From: Camelus dromedarius
Taxonomy: Eukaryota
NCBI RefSeq assembly: GCF_036321535.1
Contig: NC_087440.1
Location: forward strand, 1,860,001 to 1,924,000
Length of the DNA: 64,000 nucleotides
Direction of reading: 5' to 3'
In this document: positions 48,006-61,450 of the stretch, piece by piece
Layout: the number at the start of each line of letters is the position of its first letter
Numbering within the stretch: position 1 is the first letter of the stretch
Made by a program: the position numbers and the translations under genes
Notes under the pieces: generated by a model
The model's input: only the letters and a program-made list of their open reading frames with translations
What the model was told of the DNA's origin: nothing
The model's database searches: none

Positions 48006-49528
48006 AATGGACAAGGATCAGAAAACCATGCCAGAAGTTACCTCTTGTTCCATTAAAGAAAGAATGAACACAATCCAGGAGAGTGAACTGAGTGGCCAAG
48101 AGCCTCGTGTGTGGATGTGACCCGGGACTGAAGTTTATCCTCGGAAACACCTGCGACTCTTTGTGGGTTAGGCGTCTCAGGAGCAGTGGAGTTCCTCCCC
48201 CTGACTGATGCAGACACCTGTCACACCGAGGCCAGTAGGAAGACCTGAGTCGAGGGTTTTCTAAATGAGATCATTGCAGGGTGAGGGATGGGACAGGCAC
48301 CATCGCAATAAGGCAAGCTCCGTGTTCACACTTCCCTGATCATCCCCGAAGGGCTGCTGACCCAAAAGATGCAGGTGTGGTCTACATGTCACCCCCGGGC
48401 CCCTGCCCCAAGCACAAGCTGCAGTTTGCTGTCTCTTCTTTTTCTGTTCAAAAAACGTAGTTCTACCAGGTTTGTATTCATTACAGATTCAGTTGTTGGT
48501 GAGTTTAAATAAGGAGCTAAGGCTACAGGAAACAAACAGGAATCACTAATCATTACACATCATGGTCCCGTAAAATGTGTACCAATGTTTTACAGCTTAG
48601 AAGGACTACATTAGCGCTCATTGTTGCGTTTCAGAAAAGTGAAATTAAAATAAGCGGCTCAAGAAGTTAAAATTTATAAATTGCCCTTGAATTGGAAGGT
48701 GTGGGGATTAGGGAAGGAAAACTACCCTGAGGACTATGTAAAACTATGTTCTTCTTAGGAGATCCAAGTTAGTGCCGTCTCCACCAGGTGGTCACCTTGA
48801 GGGACTGGACGTTCTAACAAAGCTGTCCTGGCTCTGCACCCCTCCCTCCCATATTCTCACCCAGCGGTGGCAGCTGCTACTAGTGGGTGAGAGAAAAAGC
48901 AATTTTTAGAGAGTCTAAAGTCAGTAGAGCCAAATCTGGCTTATAAAGTAAGAGATCCAGTGGGGCAATGCTATGCTATTTTTGTATGCCATCCTAGATG
49001 GGATTATAAAGCAAGAAGATTGATCCCCTGCGTGGCTTACAATTGGATATTAAGGCGATTGTTTACAAAGGAGAAATTCAAAAAATGCTTAATTAACACA
49101 AGGACAAGGTGGTGAGAAAGAGTATTCCTGCTTCCAAGGTAGCTGGTGGAAAGGACACCTGACTTTTTAAAACCTGTGTGGTTAAACGTTTCATGTGGAA
49201 GCTGAAGCGCGCGTGTATTAAGTACCGCTGTCTGCTGCTTTTACTGGCATCAAGGGGCACATTAAAATGAAACAGTTCTGTGTCACTGGTTATGGAGCAA
49301 AAGAAGCTCATGTGAATGGAACTTACAACATAAATATGGCTTTAATTACAAACATGAGAGGATTCCTTGAAGACTAGAAGACAGCAGGAAAAACCGGAAC
49401 ATTTTGGTGTTGAAGGACTACGTTCAAAGTACTTCAGGCCATGGTACGTCTTTTAAGACGGGCTGATTAATTCATGGCCTCACAATTCCAGGATTCACAT
49501 TCTTTGGAAATGGCTTTTACTAAATTCC

Positions 49529-49534
49529 AATAAA
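49529..49534 (+). terminator. SLC24A1: Candidate SLC24A1 polyadenylation signal AATAAA
   Basis: AATAAA ~1.5 kb after the stop, followed by G/T-rich sequence; ATTAAA alternatives exist upstream (e.g. 48052). Confidence 0.5.
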
Positions 49535-52500
49535 TTGTGAATCCCAGTGGTATTTTACTTTACAAAAATGGATGCGTTCATCCACATCTTTAGGTCACTT
49601 TGTCACAATGCTCAAGAAAAGACTGGTGAAGAATGTGGCACCACGTTCAGATTCACACTGTGAAGTCAGTTCCCCTCGGTCCTGGTGCTGCCGCACCGCC
49701 GGGGCTGCACGTGCCCTGGCCTGAGAACAGGAGGGACGCGCAGCGGCTGTGGGAGGGAGAGCCACACAACAGCCTTCTGCACGCCAGTGCAGCCCAGCTC
49801 AGCTGCCCTCAGGGACGTCCCGGCCTCCCGGGCAGCCTGCCAGCTGACGCCCTTCCCCAGGGCTGAGTGAGGAATGAAACGCTCTGCAATGATGGCAGTG
49901 CTGGACCGCCATTTAATGATTAAAATCACCTGTAATGACTGAACATCTTTTTCCTGATCAGTTTGCTGAATTGCTGCCATTTCTCTTTGCCTCGAAAGGG
50001 AGTTCTGACGTCACACTATGACAGAAAAGGGTCAAATATGTAAAATGAAGGCTGGGCCTTGATGGATGAGCAGCTGGTGAGGAGAAAGAGGAGGTTTCAA
50101 GGAGATGGAAATTTTATGTAACTTCTAAAAGATGAATTCGTTATGCTTGGAAATTAAAAATTTTGTGATACATTATAAATCTATAATTTATTAAAATTAT
50201 GCTGTGTTGGAGGTAAAGTACTATCTTAAAATGTCAAGATAATGGTTAGATGGTCCTCTCATTCGATGGGCAGAATGATCTGTGTAGCCAGTTACGTGGG
50301 ACAAATTCTAGGTCACTCATTCAGCCTGGCAAGTCTGACCTGTCCCCTGTGACTAACTAAACTGGAAGCAGCGGCTGCACAGATGACTTCTCCTTCACCC
50401 TCCTTGAGACCGAACCTCCTTGATGGCCCTGGTAATAGGTTTGGACCAAATTTATAAAAATGTAAAACTCCTAATTTAATGAGTTAAGATTCTATATAGT
50501 ACCAGAAAAAAAGGATGTATTCCAAATGTTAAAAAATCAGTATATGTTTAAATGGTTACTACACATTTTGAACATTATGTTGTACCCTCTTCAACAGATC
50601 TGAAAATGTTTTTATTCAATTATAGGCTTGGCCTTTTATGATACTATAAAAGTATCATAAAAAGTCTATATCCTAATTATTATTTATAGATTAAATACCA
50701 AAGGGGGCAAGAATCGGGATTTAATATTTAAGGCCCAGTCTGCTAGATAACATTTGAAGAACTGGCTGGCCTCATGGCCACAGAATACACTTGGTTCTGG
50801 CTGCCCTCCTCCACCCTTTTTTGGTGGGAGGGTCCCTCTACAGGTGCAGCTTGCAATGTATTATGGGACTGATTACTATGAAAGGTACAAAGAGAGGGCT
50901 CGTGAGCAGGGCTGTCCATCCCTGGAGGAGGTCACTAGAGCCGGGCTGGACCCCCTGGCCTAAGGCTGCCCACAACCAAAGCACACTTCTGGTCCTCAGG
51001 CCCTCCACTGTGATGAGCAGGCAGATCTGGAGAATTTCATTTACAGAAAATTCCATCAGTTGCTCCAATGGTTTTGTCACAGTACTATGAAAGGAAGAAT
51101 TTTAAATACAAAAGGAAGGAGCCATCCAAAGAACAGCAATGGTGGAAAGGCTGCGGTAACTTTATCAGCGTCTGTTACCATCTCACACGTGCGCACAGAC
51201 TTTTTGCATCAGAGACAGAAATTCCTGTATTAATTTGTCCGAAACGAATTTGGAACCAAAAATGAGTCAGCAAAGTACCTACTATGGGGCCAGAGGGAGA
51301 GGACAGTATGAAGGGATAAGCAGAAGATACCAAGTTCTGAGGAGATCAAGGTAAACTGGTGTGCAGCTGCCAGAGAATTCAATTCTGAAATAAAACTCAG
51401 TCTTGTATCCAAACAGGAAGGGCAGAGCATGCTAAGACCAGCACAAAGGCAGGCCAAGGACCATCTCAAAGAGGCAGCCTGCTCTTTCCCTTCCTGCTCT
51501 GAGATAAAGTGCCTGACAGTAGCTTTCAAGTTCTAATGGGAGAAATAAAAATAAAGCCGGGCCGCTGCGCACTGCCATACAAATGGGAATTCTCTTACCC
51601 TGTCTTACAGCGTACGTAGAAGTACAGTATCTGTATACAGCAGGCGAACTCTTGCCAGCTGCACTGAAGTATCAGGAATTACCAGCATGAAATAAAATAA
51701 GTATTTATCACCTAAAATGCTGAATCAACATTTCCAGGGGCCATTTCTCTATATACCAAAATGGAAAGACACTTAAAAAAAGCTTAAAATAAGCTGGTGG
51801 CTTTAGGGTTTTTAAAACAAAAAACATCCCCCAAAATTAGAAAAAAAAAAAAAAAGACAAAAATCAGAATATAAACAGGTTCTATAACTCCATGACAAGA
51901 GAAAAAAATCAAATATTGAAATATATAAAATACAAATGTATGACATTCAAAACACTAATGGGAGGAAGTAGTAAACAAGTCGTACCGGACACAGCATGGT
52001 TTATTTTCAACTGGTAAACGAAGAAGAAGAAAATAAAAGACAGATAATGTAGCAAAAGGGTATTTCTCGCCAACATGATTGGCCGTGATTCTCTAAAATG
52101 TATGGTCAACAGAGAGAAAATCAAAGAAAAGTTTATATGGTGTTATTTTAAAAGATGATCTACATTTTAGTTTTCTTTTGAGCAGGGTTTACCACTTTTT
52201 CTTCATGTTTTAGGTTTTATTTTTAAAGAGTAAATATGTGCAAATAATAGACCCTGGGGATTAAAAATAGGGGAAATAAAACCTAACCAAAAGCAGAAAC
52301 AAAACTTGGTGTTGGGGGGGGGGGATAACAAATTGCAACCACTTTTCCAAATGAGGATGAGCCATAAAGAATGGGCTTTACCTTACTTTTTTTGGTCAGG
52401 TATTTGAAACCAATAAACTATGACTCATTGCTCCCGGTAGAGAAAAGGTAATCAATCGTGAAAAGCCGTTCTTTTAAGGGGAAAAAAACAGTAACAAAAA

Positions 52501-53336
52501 ACTAGAACGGAGCCTCAGAATTCTGCTTGGAGGGATGTTTGTCACCAGTGCCAAAAGCCACACCCATCGAATGTTTCTCCCATTTGACAACTTTCAAATG
52601 ATGATGACTTAGAGAACATAAAACAGAGCGCGAGGCTAAGACCTTGAATAGTAAAGAAGGACCAGACAGGAGTGGTATTTACAAAGGAGAGGCAGACACA
52701 CGTGCATAGCACCAGATTTTTCAAGTAATCAAGTTCAGCCCCAAACTAACTGAACTAAAATTTTATATTTTTAAACCTTCCCCATTACTTCCCAGAGCAG
52801 AAAGCCGTTGAAGTGTTTCAGCTCGGTGCTATTCACTAACAGTGTGAACTCAAGGGTTTTTTCCTACAGCTGAACTGGTTGTAAGTCTTAGGACTTTAAG
52901 GTAACTCCAGTCCCAGTGCCCTGAACTCTGTGGGCTTTTACACATTGGACTGAGGACCATTCTTTTTTTTTTTCTTCTTTGACAGTGGCTAGAGAATTCC
53001 TTCATTAATGACAATGTGTGCAAACACACACCACACAGACACCTTGAAAATCTATAAATAATTCTAACAGCCAAAGGACACTTTTTATCAGAAATTACCC
53101 AAAGAAAATGATATTAGAAATAATGGGACTACCAATACTTTTTAAGAGTCTATTTAATACCCATAGTGCTTAAACATTCAGTTTATTGTCTGATTTCTGG
53201 ATATTTCTGGATTTTAGATTCCATAAACCAGATTCTGAAGGCTTATTGAAAAAGCCAAGTTCCTCAATATGGGAAATTCTATCTGGCTGTACGTTTAGAG
53301 AGTTATTATTTTTCTACTTTTGAAAAAATATTTTGA

Positions 53337-53362
53337 ATATATATATATATATATATATATAT
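53337..53362. repeat. (AT)13 microsatellite
   Basis: Directly visible. Confidence 0.93.
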
Positions 53363-54306
53363 TAACAGACTATTCCAGTAGGTTATATTCCAGATAAATA
53401 TAGTACAATTTGCATCATACCCAATATTTCAGATATTAAAATAAAGTTCAAATTTGGGAGAAACTAACATATTTCCCAGCATAAGTGTGCATGTAGAACA
53501 TTTGGCTTTGTTAAGCTACCTTCCCTGTGTACTGTACGTACCTATTAACAACAGAGGAAATTCTGGACTCGTGGTATATCGAGCCTGACTTTATAGAAGC
53601 CAACCTGGAACCTCTCTGGCTCTCCTTCCACGAGGATCAATGAGTCAGGCTGGGCCACGCACACCCCCGCTGTGACGCGCTCCCTGCGCTCAGGGGACAA
53701 CAGTGACACTAACGTGACCTTTTGGAATCATTCTCCCAAGTAACAAAATACAGAGAGACAGATACACATATAGAGACCTGCAGCTGCATTAACTTCAAGT
53801 AGCAGACAAATAAGCACTTAACTGCCTTGCTTCATAAGTTTAAGTTCATTTTGTTTGCTATATTAAGTTTAAAAATTAAAAAAATAGCAACTTACTATAA
53901 ACAGTTTAAAATATGTATAATACAACTTCATGGTCAAAACATTTTGAATCATCTGTGAAAACAGGAGATACTTGCATCTTACATTTGTTTAAGTTCCATA
54001 CACGATGTTTTAATCTGCCTCTTCCAAGAGAAACCGTAAAACAGTTGTCTTCTTTTATGGGAACTAATTTTTTGTTTAGAGCTTTCCTCATTACAAAAAT
54101 ACTTAATTACTTGTTAACCGGAGGGGGAAAAAATGGACACTAAGTGGCTCTCTCCCACCTGTCACTTACTTTCTCTTTCAGACATTCTGTACATAAACTA
54201 TCTGGACTTTCTGAACCATTTACAAATGTATTTTTAAAAATCGAAGAAAAAAGTTTAGAGTCTGAAAGTGTTATTTTATACACTGACTGTACAATACTTA
54301 CTGGCA

Positions 54307-54362
54307 GTACACACACACACACACACACACACACGCGCGCGCACGCGCGCACGCACACGTGT
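54307..54362. repeat. Compound (AC)13/(GC/AC)n alternating purine-pyrimidine tract
   Basis: 56 nt of unbroken RY alternation. Confidence 0.95.
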
Positions 54363-54363
54363 C

Positions 54364-54500
54364 CTAAAGATAAGGCTCTCCAAAGGTTTTGCGACATTCC
54401 ATCACCCCAGTACTTGGCGGCCTGTCACAGTTGTGTGTATTCTTGACTTGACTCGGTGTGAGGCGATCGTATGCCATCTTGTATTCTTTATCAAATACAT
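54364..54500 (-). CDS. DENND4A: DENND4A last coding exon ((D)[44 protein letters not shown])
   Basis: atttctacAG| acceptor, TAG stop; matches the DENND4A C-terminus; not in the ORF track. Confidence 0.95.
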
Positions 54501-55932
54501 CTGTAGAAATTCATAAAGAAATAAAGGCATGAAGAAATTTGTATTTGACACTGCCAGCAATCAAGTTTTTGTCACACTACCGAACTGCAAAATTAAGAGG
54601 CCAAGAGGGAGTCTCCAGGTCATTGCTGCCAACGAGAGGACCGCACCATTTCAGAGCTGGCGTGGGGGCCTCAGAGACCACAGCATTGTAGAGCTAGACT
54701 ACACAGACCAGTGAAATGCAAAGTTGTAGCCAACTGTTTAAAGTTATTCTCTCCCATATTAAAAGAAATTTTGATAAAATATAGATAACAGAAAATTTAC
54801 CATCTTAACCATTTTTAAGTGCAGTTTGGTGGTATGACATACATTCATAATGTTGTGCAATCACTACCACCACCCAGCTCCATACCTCTTTTCATCTTAT
54901 GAAACTGGCACTCTACTCATTAAACAATAAAACCCTTCCTCCCTTCCCCTTGGCTCTTGTCAACTACCATTCTACTTCTGTCTCCATGATTCTGACTACT
55001 CTAAGTATGTCTTAAGTAGAATCATACAGTATTTGTTTTTTTGTGACTGGTGGATTTCACTTAACATAATGTCTGCAAGGTTCATCCATGTTGTAGCATG
55101 TGTCAGAATTTCCCTCCTTTTTTAAGGCTGAATAATATTCCATTATATGTATATTATCACATTTTGCTTATTTGCTCATCCTTCAGTGGACACTTGGGTT
55201 GCTTCTACAGTTTAGCTATTACATAATAGTGTTACGAATATGTGTGTACAAAAATCTCTTTGAGACTCTGCTTTCAATTCTTTAGAGTATATACCCAAAT
55301 GTGAAGCTGCTGGATAATGTGGAAATTCTATCTTTAATTATTTGAGGGGAATGCCATACTGTTTTCTGCAGCAGCTTTATACCATTTTACATTTCTGCTA
55401 ACAATGCACAAAGGTTTCAATTTTCCCATATCCTCACCAATACCAGTTATTTTCTGAGAGTAGCCATTCCATCTAACGATGTGAGATGATATCCCACTGT
55501 AGTTCTGACTTGCATTTCCCAAATAATTAGTGGTGCTGAATATCTTTTCATGTGCTTAATGGCCACTGTCTTATCTCCTTTGGAGAAATACCTATTTACA
55601 TTCTTTGTCCATTTAGCAATGGCTTATTTTGTTGTCAAGCTTTAGGAATTCTTCATAGTTCTGGATATTAATCCCTTCTCAGATATATAACTTGTAAATA
55701 TTTTCTCCCATTCTGTGGGATGCCTTTTTACAATACTGATACCACCTTTTGATGTGCAAAATTTTAAAATTTCCATGATGTCTGATTTGTTTATTTTTCT
55801 TTTGTTGCCTGTGCCTTGGGTATCATATCCAAGAAATCCCTGACAAATCCAATGTCCTGAAGCTTTTGTTCTATGTTTTCTTCTATTAGTTTTATAGTTT
55901 TAGGACTTACATTTAGGCTTTCAATCCAATTC

Positions 55933-56148
55933 NNNNNNNNNNNNNNNNNNNNNNNNNNNNNNNNNNNNNNNNNNNNNNNNNNNNNNNNNNNNNNNNNNNN
56001 NNNNNNNNNNNNNNNNNNNNNNNNNNNNNNNNNNNNNNNNNNNNNNNNNNNNNNNNNNNNNNNNNNNNNNNNNNNNNNNNNNNNNNNNNNNNNNNNNNNN
56101 NNNNNNNNNNNNNNNNNNNNNNNNNNNNNNNNNNNNNNNNNNNNNNNA
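55933..56148. other. Assembly gap (216 N)
   Basis: Run of N. Confidence 0.99.
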
Positions 56149-56624
56149 AGAGTTTTGATTGCTGTAGCCCTGCTGTAAGTTTTGAAATCAGTTAAGTGTG
56201 AGCCTTACATATTTGTTCCTCTTTGAAGTTGTTTTGGCTACTTGGGGTCCCTTGAGATTTCATGAATTTTAGGATGGGTTTTTCTATTTCTGCGAAAAAC
56301 GTTGAGAGTTTTGAAAGCGATCGCACTGAATCTGTAATTGCTTTGAGTAGTACTGATATGTTAAGAATATTAGTCTTCTGATCTACACACATGGGGTGTG
56401 TTTTCATTCATTTATGTGACCTTTAATTTCTTTGCAATGTTTTACAATTTTCATCATACAAGTCTTTCGCCTCCTTGGTTAAACAAATTCCTAAGTATTT
56501 TATTCTTTTTGATGCTATTATAAATGGAATTGCTTTCTTAATTTCATTTTTGGATTATTCACTGCGAATTACAGAAACAGAACTGACTTTTGCATCTTGA
56601 TCTTTATCTTACAAACTTGCTGAA

Positions 56625-56787
56625 NNNNNNNNNNNNNNNNNNNNNNNNNNNNNNNNNNNNNNNNNNNNNNNNNNNNNNNNNNNNNNNNNNNNNNNNNNNN
56701 NNNNNNNNNNNNNNNNNNNNNNNNNNNNNNNNNNNNNNNNNNNNNNNNNNNNNNNNNNNNNNNNNNNNNNNNNNNNNNNNNNNNNNN
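56625..56787. other. Assembly gap (163 N)
   Basis: Run of N. Confidence 0.99.
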
Positions 56788-57325
56788 AAGGACTTCCAGC
56801 ACAAGGCTGAATGGAAGCAGTGAAAGCAGGCATCCTTTCCTTGCTCCAGATCTTAAGGGGAAACTTTCTGTTTTTCACAGGAAGTATGGTGTTAACTGTG
56901 GGTTTTTCATAAATGCCTTTTATCAGGTTGAGGATGTTTCCTTCTATTCCTAGTCTGAATTTTGTCAAATGCTTTTTCTGTGTCTATTGAGATATCATGT
57001 GGTTTTGGCTTTTATTCTATTAATACAGTATATTACATGGATGGAGCTTTTTAAATGTTAAACTAACACTGCGTCCCTAGGATGAATCCCATTTTGTTGT
57101 GGTGTATAATCCTATCCATTTGTTGCTGAAACTAGATTGGTTTGCTAGTGTTTTGTTGAGGAGTTCTACATCTGTATGAATAAGGGCTATTGCTCTGTAG
57201 TTTTCCTGTAACGTTTCTGTCTGGGTTTGGTCAGGGTAATATTGGTGTAACTCTCAGAACGAGTTAAGAAGCACTCCTTTTTCTTCTTTGTCTTTTTTTT
57301 TTCCCTGTCAAGAGTGTGAAGGATG

Positions 57326-57470
57326 NNNNNNNNNNNNNNNNNNNNNNNNNNNNNNNNNNNNNNNNNNNNNNNNNNNNNNNNNNNNNNNNNNNNNNNNNNN
57401 NNNNNNNNNNNNNNNNNNNNNNNNNNNNNNNNNNNNNNNNNNNNNNNNNNNNNNNNNNNNNNNNNNNNNN
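57326..57470. other. Assembly gap (145 N)
   Basis: Run of N. Confidence 0.99.
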
Positions 57471-57681
57471 GCTGGCAGACAGCTTCTTCTGCATCCTCAC
57501 ATGACTGAGAAAGAGGGGGATAGCTCTCTTCTTTTTCTTGTAAGGATACTAATTCCATCCTGGGGGCTCCAGCCTCATGATGTAATTATTTCCCAAAGGC
57601 CCTACTTCCGAATACCATCACATTAGGCTTTCAGTGTGTGTGACTTTGGGGCTGGGGGACACAAACATGCGGTCCGTAACA
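57471..57681 (+). mobile_element. MaLR (MLT1-like) LTR nested in the L1
   Basis: gcatcctcacatgactgag...taccatcacattagg...ggggacacaaacatgcggtccgtaaca typical MLT1 3' end; 5' part probably lies in the gap. Confidence 0.7.
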
Positions 57682-59481
57682 AATGCTGTTTCTCCTCCTC
57701 TAAACATTCGGCAGAGTTCACCACCTGACCCTGGGCTTTTCTTTGTGGGAAGCTTTCTGATCACTGACCCGTTCTCTCTGTTTCAGCTCTGCTAAGATTT
57801 TCTATTCTCGAGTCAGTTTGGCAGTTTATGCCTTTTTGGAATTTGCTTCTCTCTTCTAGGTTATCTAACTTGTTAGCATATAATTATTTACTGTGTTCCC
57901 TCATAATCCTCTTTATTTCTGTAAGGTCAGTATGAACATTCCCTCTTTTATTCCTGATTTCAGTCATTGGAGTCATCTCTCTTTTTCTCTTCGTCTAGCT
58001 TAAAGGTCTGTCAATTTTGTTGATCTTTTCAAAGACCAAACTTTTGATTTCGATCAGTTTCTCTATTTTAAAAAATATTCCCCCCCCCATTTCCTCTAGT
58101 TTATTTACTTCTGCTCTAATATTTATTTCCTTCCTTCTACGTGCTTTGTTCTTCTTTTTCTAGTTTCTTAAGGTAGAAACTACTTTCACTGCATCTCAAA
58201 GTTTTGGTATGTTGTGTTTTCATTTTCATTTTTCTCACAGTATTGTCTAATTTCTATTAGGACTTTTTTGAACCATTTGCCTTTTAGGAATGGGTTGTTT
58301 AATTTCCACATATTTGTGAACTTCTTATTTTCCTTCTGTAACTGATTTCTAATTTCATTCTACTGTGGTGAGAGAACACACTCCGTACGATTTCAAACAT
58401 TTTAAATTTGTTGAGATTTGCTCTATGCCCAAGTATTTGGTTTATCCTGGACAATATTCCATGTCCAGTCGAGAAAAGTATGTCTTTTGTTGTAGTCGGA
58501 TGGAGTGTTCTGTAGATGTTTCTCAGGACTAGCTGCTTTACAGTGGTGTTCAAGTCTTCTGTTTCCTTGCTGATCTGCTGTCTAGTTGTTCTATCCATTA
58601 TTGAAAGCAGAATATTAAAACATCCAACTGTTATGGCTGAGTGTCTGTTTCTCCCTTCAATTCTGTTAGCTTTTATTCATGTATTTTGGGGCTCTGGTGT
58701 TAGCTGCATATATGTTATAATTGTTATAAACAATTAATAATTCTTGGTGGACTGACTGTTTCATCATTATAAAATGTCCTTCTTTGTCTCTTTTAGACTT
58801 TGTCTAAAGTCTATTTTTGTCTGATATTAATATAGTTACTCTAGCCCTCTTTTTAGTATTATCTGCATGGAATGCCTTTTTCGACCCTTTTACTTTCAAC
58901 ATATTTGTGTCTCTGACTAAAGCAGGTCACGCACAGTAACTGGGAGAAACAGACGATCAACCAAAAATGTATGGAGCCCCTCAAATATGTATTTAACTAC
59001 CTTACATCTTTTCTGATGCAAGCTTAATGTCATTAGTGATATGACAAAACAGTTAAAAGCACAGGATTGGAAATTAAGACTGCTTGGTTCAAATATGGCT
59101 GTTACTGCTGTGAAACCCAACTTTAAGTTACTTAACCTCTTGGATCCTCAGTCGTCTCAATAATAATACGGACATGATAATAGTACCTACCTCAGAGGGC
59201 TTTTGGGAGAATTATATGAGATAATACATGGAAAGTACTTGCTATAATATGAGGCATAAAAAAGCCCTCAAAAAAATGGTAGCTTTCATTATTTATCATT
59301 ATTATAACCAACATGACCAAAATATCAAAGTATCTTTAACATTACATCAAAAAAAAAGTCAAAGAAACAATTCAAGTATATTAATAAAATTTTACATTAA
59401 ACTAAGACTACCAAGATAAAAACACTTTGAAAACTATACCATGATATATAAATATTACATGTTATGTATTTGCTAAATTAC

Positions 59482-59546
59482 CTATATCAATGTTTTCTCT
59501 TCCCAGTGCCACAAGTGAGAGAAACAGTATTTCTCTATATAAACTC
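59482..59546 (-). CDS. DENND4A: DENND4A exon (65 nt, (R)SLYREILFLSLVALGRENIDI)
   Basis: cctAG| ... G|GTAATT; phase 2/1; not in the ORF track. Confidence 0.94.
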
Positions 59547-59740
59547 CTAGGGGGAAAAAGGAGCAGAGAAGACATTACTATCTACGTAGTCTATTTATAG
59601 CTACAAAAATGTTTATGTTAGTATAAGCATGAGATAGTCTAAAATATTACAAAGCAAGAAAAAATAAAATAAAATATTACAAAGCAAACAATATGAATCT
59701 GCTTATAAGAACAATATACTCATTTAAGAGAATGAATTAC

Positions 59741-59903
59741 CTCTGTCTTTTAAAATGAGGACATTTATTCAGTGTCTCTAAAATCTGACTCATTGGTCCA
59801 TAGACATCATTCATTTTAATGCTTTTTACCATACTTTTCAATAATTCCTGGTTAAATGAATTATCACCTTTTTGCAATAAATGGACCATTGGATACTTCT
59901 GGG
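59741..59903 (-). CDS. DENND4A: DENND4A exon (163 nt, (T)QKYPMVHLLQKGDNSF...CPHFKRQ)
   Basis: tttacAG| ... AG|GTAATT; phase 1/2. Confidence 0.95.
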
Positions 59904-60528
59904 CTGTAAAAGAACAAAAGAGCAAATGAAGGGAAATGTTCTGTGTGGAAAAGGAGAATGTAATTAAGCAGCAACTGATAGCTATTTAAAAAGTTACAAA
60001 GCATTAAAAATAAATTAAGGGCAACGGACAAAGAAACAGAAATCTAAGAATAAAAAAAGGAAGAAATAAGACAAATAATGATAAAATAGGCTTAAAGCTT
60101 TTTGTGACTTCAAATACACAATAACTAAAAATACTGTTTTCTTTAATACAGCCCCTTGGAAGAAATACTAAATCAGCAGCCTGGGATGGAAACAAAAAAA
60201 TAAGTAAAATGAAGAAACAGGGACAAGCAATGTGCCAAAAATGGAACTTTACAAACACAACCCACCCCTCCAGCACACACACAGCACCACTCAAAAACAA
60301 AGCCAAAAAAACCCAATAAAACAAAAATCCCTTGATCCCCATGGAAGACAGCACTAAAAACATCAAACTTAACACTCACTCTCAAACAAAAGAGTGCGAT
60401 TTTGACCTGTAAGACAAAAAGCAGGATAGTAAAATACAAGTCAGTTATACGTTAGCGCAGGCTATCTCAAGCAAGGAGAGAAGTCATCACTCCGCGCGAA
60501 GGAAGCTGGCATCTGCGACAGCACTTAC

Positions 60529-60646
60529 TGTGGGCGTTCCAGAGGATGTACAAGGGCTGTCCCGGATCCTGATGCAATTTCATGTTGTCCCACAACATCT
60601 GGATTAAAACATGTTTACTATCTTCAGACATACAGTGGCGAGGAAT
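60529..60646 (-). CDS. DENND4A: DENND4A exon (118 nt, [39 protein letters not shown])
   Basis: acacAG| ... A|GTAAGT; phase 0/1. Confidence 0.95.
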
Positions 60647-61316
60647 CTGTGTTGAAGAATAAACCAACATTCATTAATGATCCTTATATGACAATGCTTT
60701 GTAAATATTTTATAAAAATCCTTACAGACATTTTGTAGGATTGTGTGTGTGCAAGAGAGAAAAGAGAAGAGAAAATGACTGACGTGCATGCATTTTACAA
60801 CCTACTGAAGGAAGACGGGCTGAGGTGAGAAGCCAGTGAGCCTCTAAAGTAGCAGATTTAACCAAGAACTGGGATGAGTGAGGAAGGGAACCAGGGAGGG
60901 CTAATCTTGACCAGTTTACGATTATGGCTCCACAGAAGGAGGAACCCAGGAGCCCCATTCTACGTCAGTTCAAGCCACCCCCCCGAAGCGCTAGGCTCGC
61001 TTGTGAAGGAGGCAGGAGACATGGGTGGGGCCGATTCACAGACTCTTCTCTAAGAGTCATTTAGTTTACTTTTGACTCTATAACAAAAACTCAAGCCCAT
61101 TTTGTGTCAATTTTGTAAGAAGTCCAAAAAATACGACTTTCTCTTACTGCTAGACTGTGGAAAGAAAAATTCCTTGCAACTGAAATAATTTTATTGATTC
61201 AGATGGTTATTAAAAATATTTAGCATAAAAATTACTTTTTGTCATTAGGGCTATGCAAACATTACAATAGTGTCAGTAGCACTGGCTTTTAGTTCATTTT
61301 TACTCTCATACCTTTG

Positions 61317-61450
61317 TTTTTTTATTTTTTATTTTTTGGGGGGTAGGTAATTAGATTTATTTATTTCTTTGATGGAGGTACTAGGGATTGAACCCAGGAC
61401 CCCATGCATGCCAAGCACACACATTACCGCTTGAGTTATGCCCTCCCCAC
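61317..61450 (-). mobile_element. tRNA-derived SINE (camelid vic-1-like) with a perfect 16-bp TSD
   Basis: TSD tactctcatacctttg at 61301-61316 and 61451-61466; head gtggggagggcataactcaagcggtaatgtgtgtgcttggcatgcatggggtcctgggttcaatcc on the minus strand. Confidence 0.93.

Larger units (their letters stand above)
50590..54363 (-). other. DENND4A: DENND4A 3'UTR (distal end uncertain)
   Basis: AT-rich, repeat-poor sequence following the stop; minus-strand AATAAA at 52000-52005 and 50611-50616; PUM-type TGTAAATA at 52676-52683. Confidence 0.6.
54765..58915 (-). mobile_element. Fragmented L1 (~4.1 kb) in the last DENND4A intron
   Basis: ORF2 remnants: endonuclease-like RQQISKETEDLNTT...IYRTLHP (58299-58598) and RT-like LGIEGNILNLIKGIYEKPT (56609-56968); L1 3'UTR text near 54765-55300. 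Confidence 0.9.

Noticed and set aside
58299-58598. 99-aa ORF as a novel gene
   Set aside because: Recognisable L1 ORF2 endonuclease remnant
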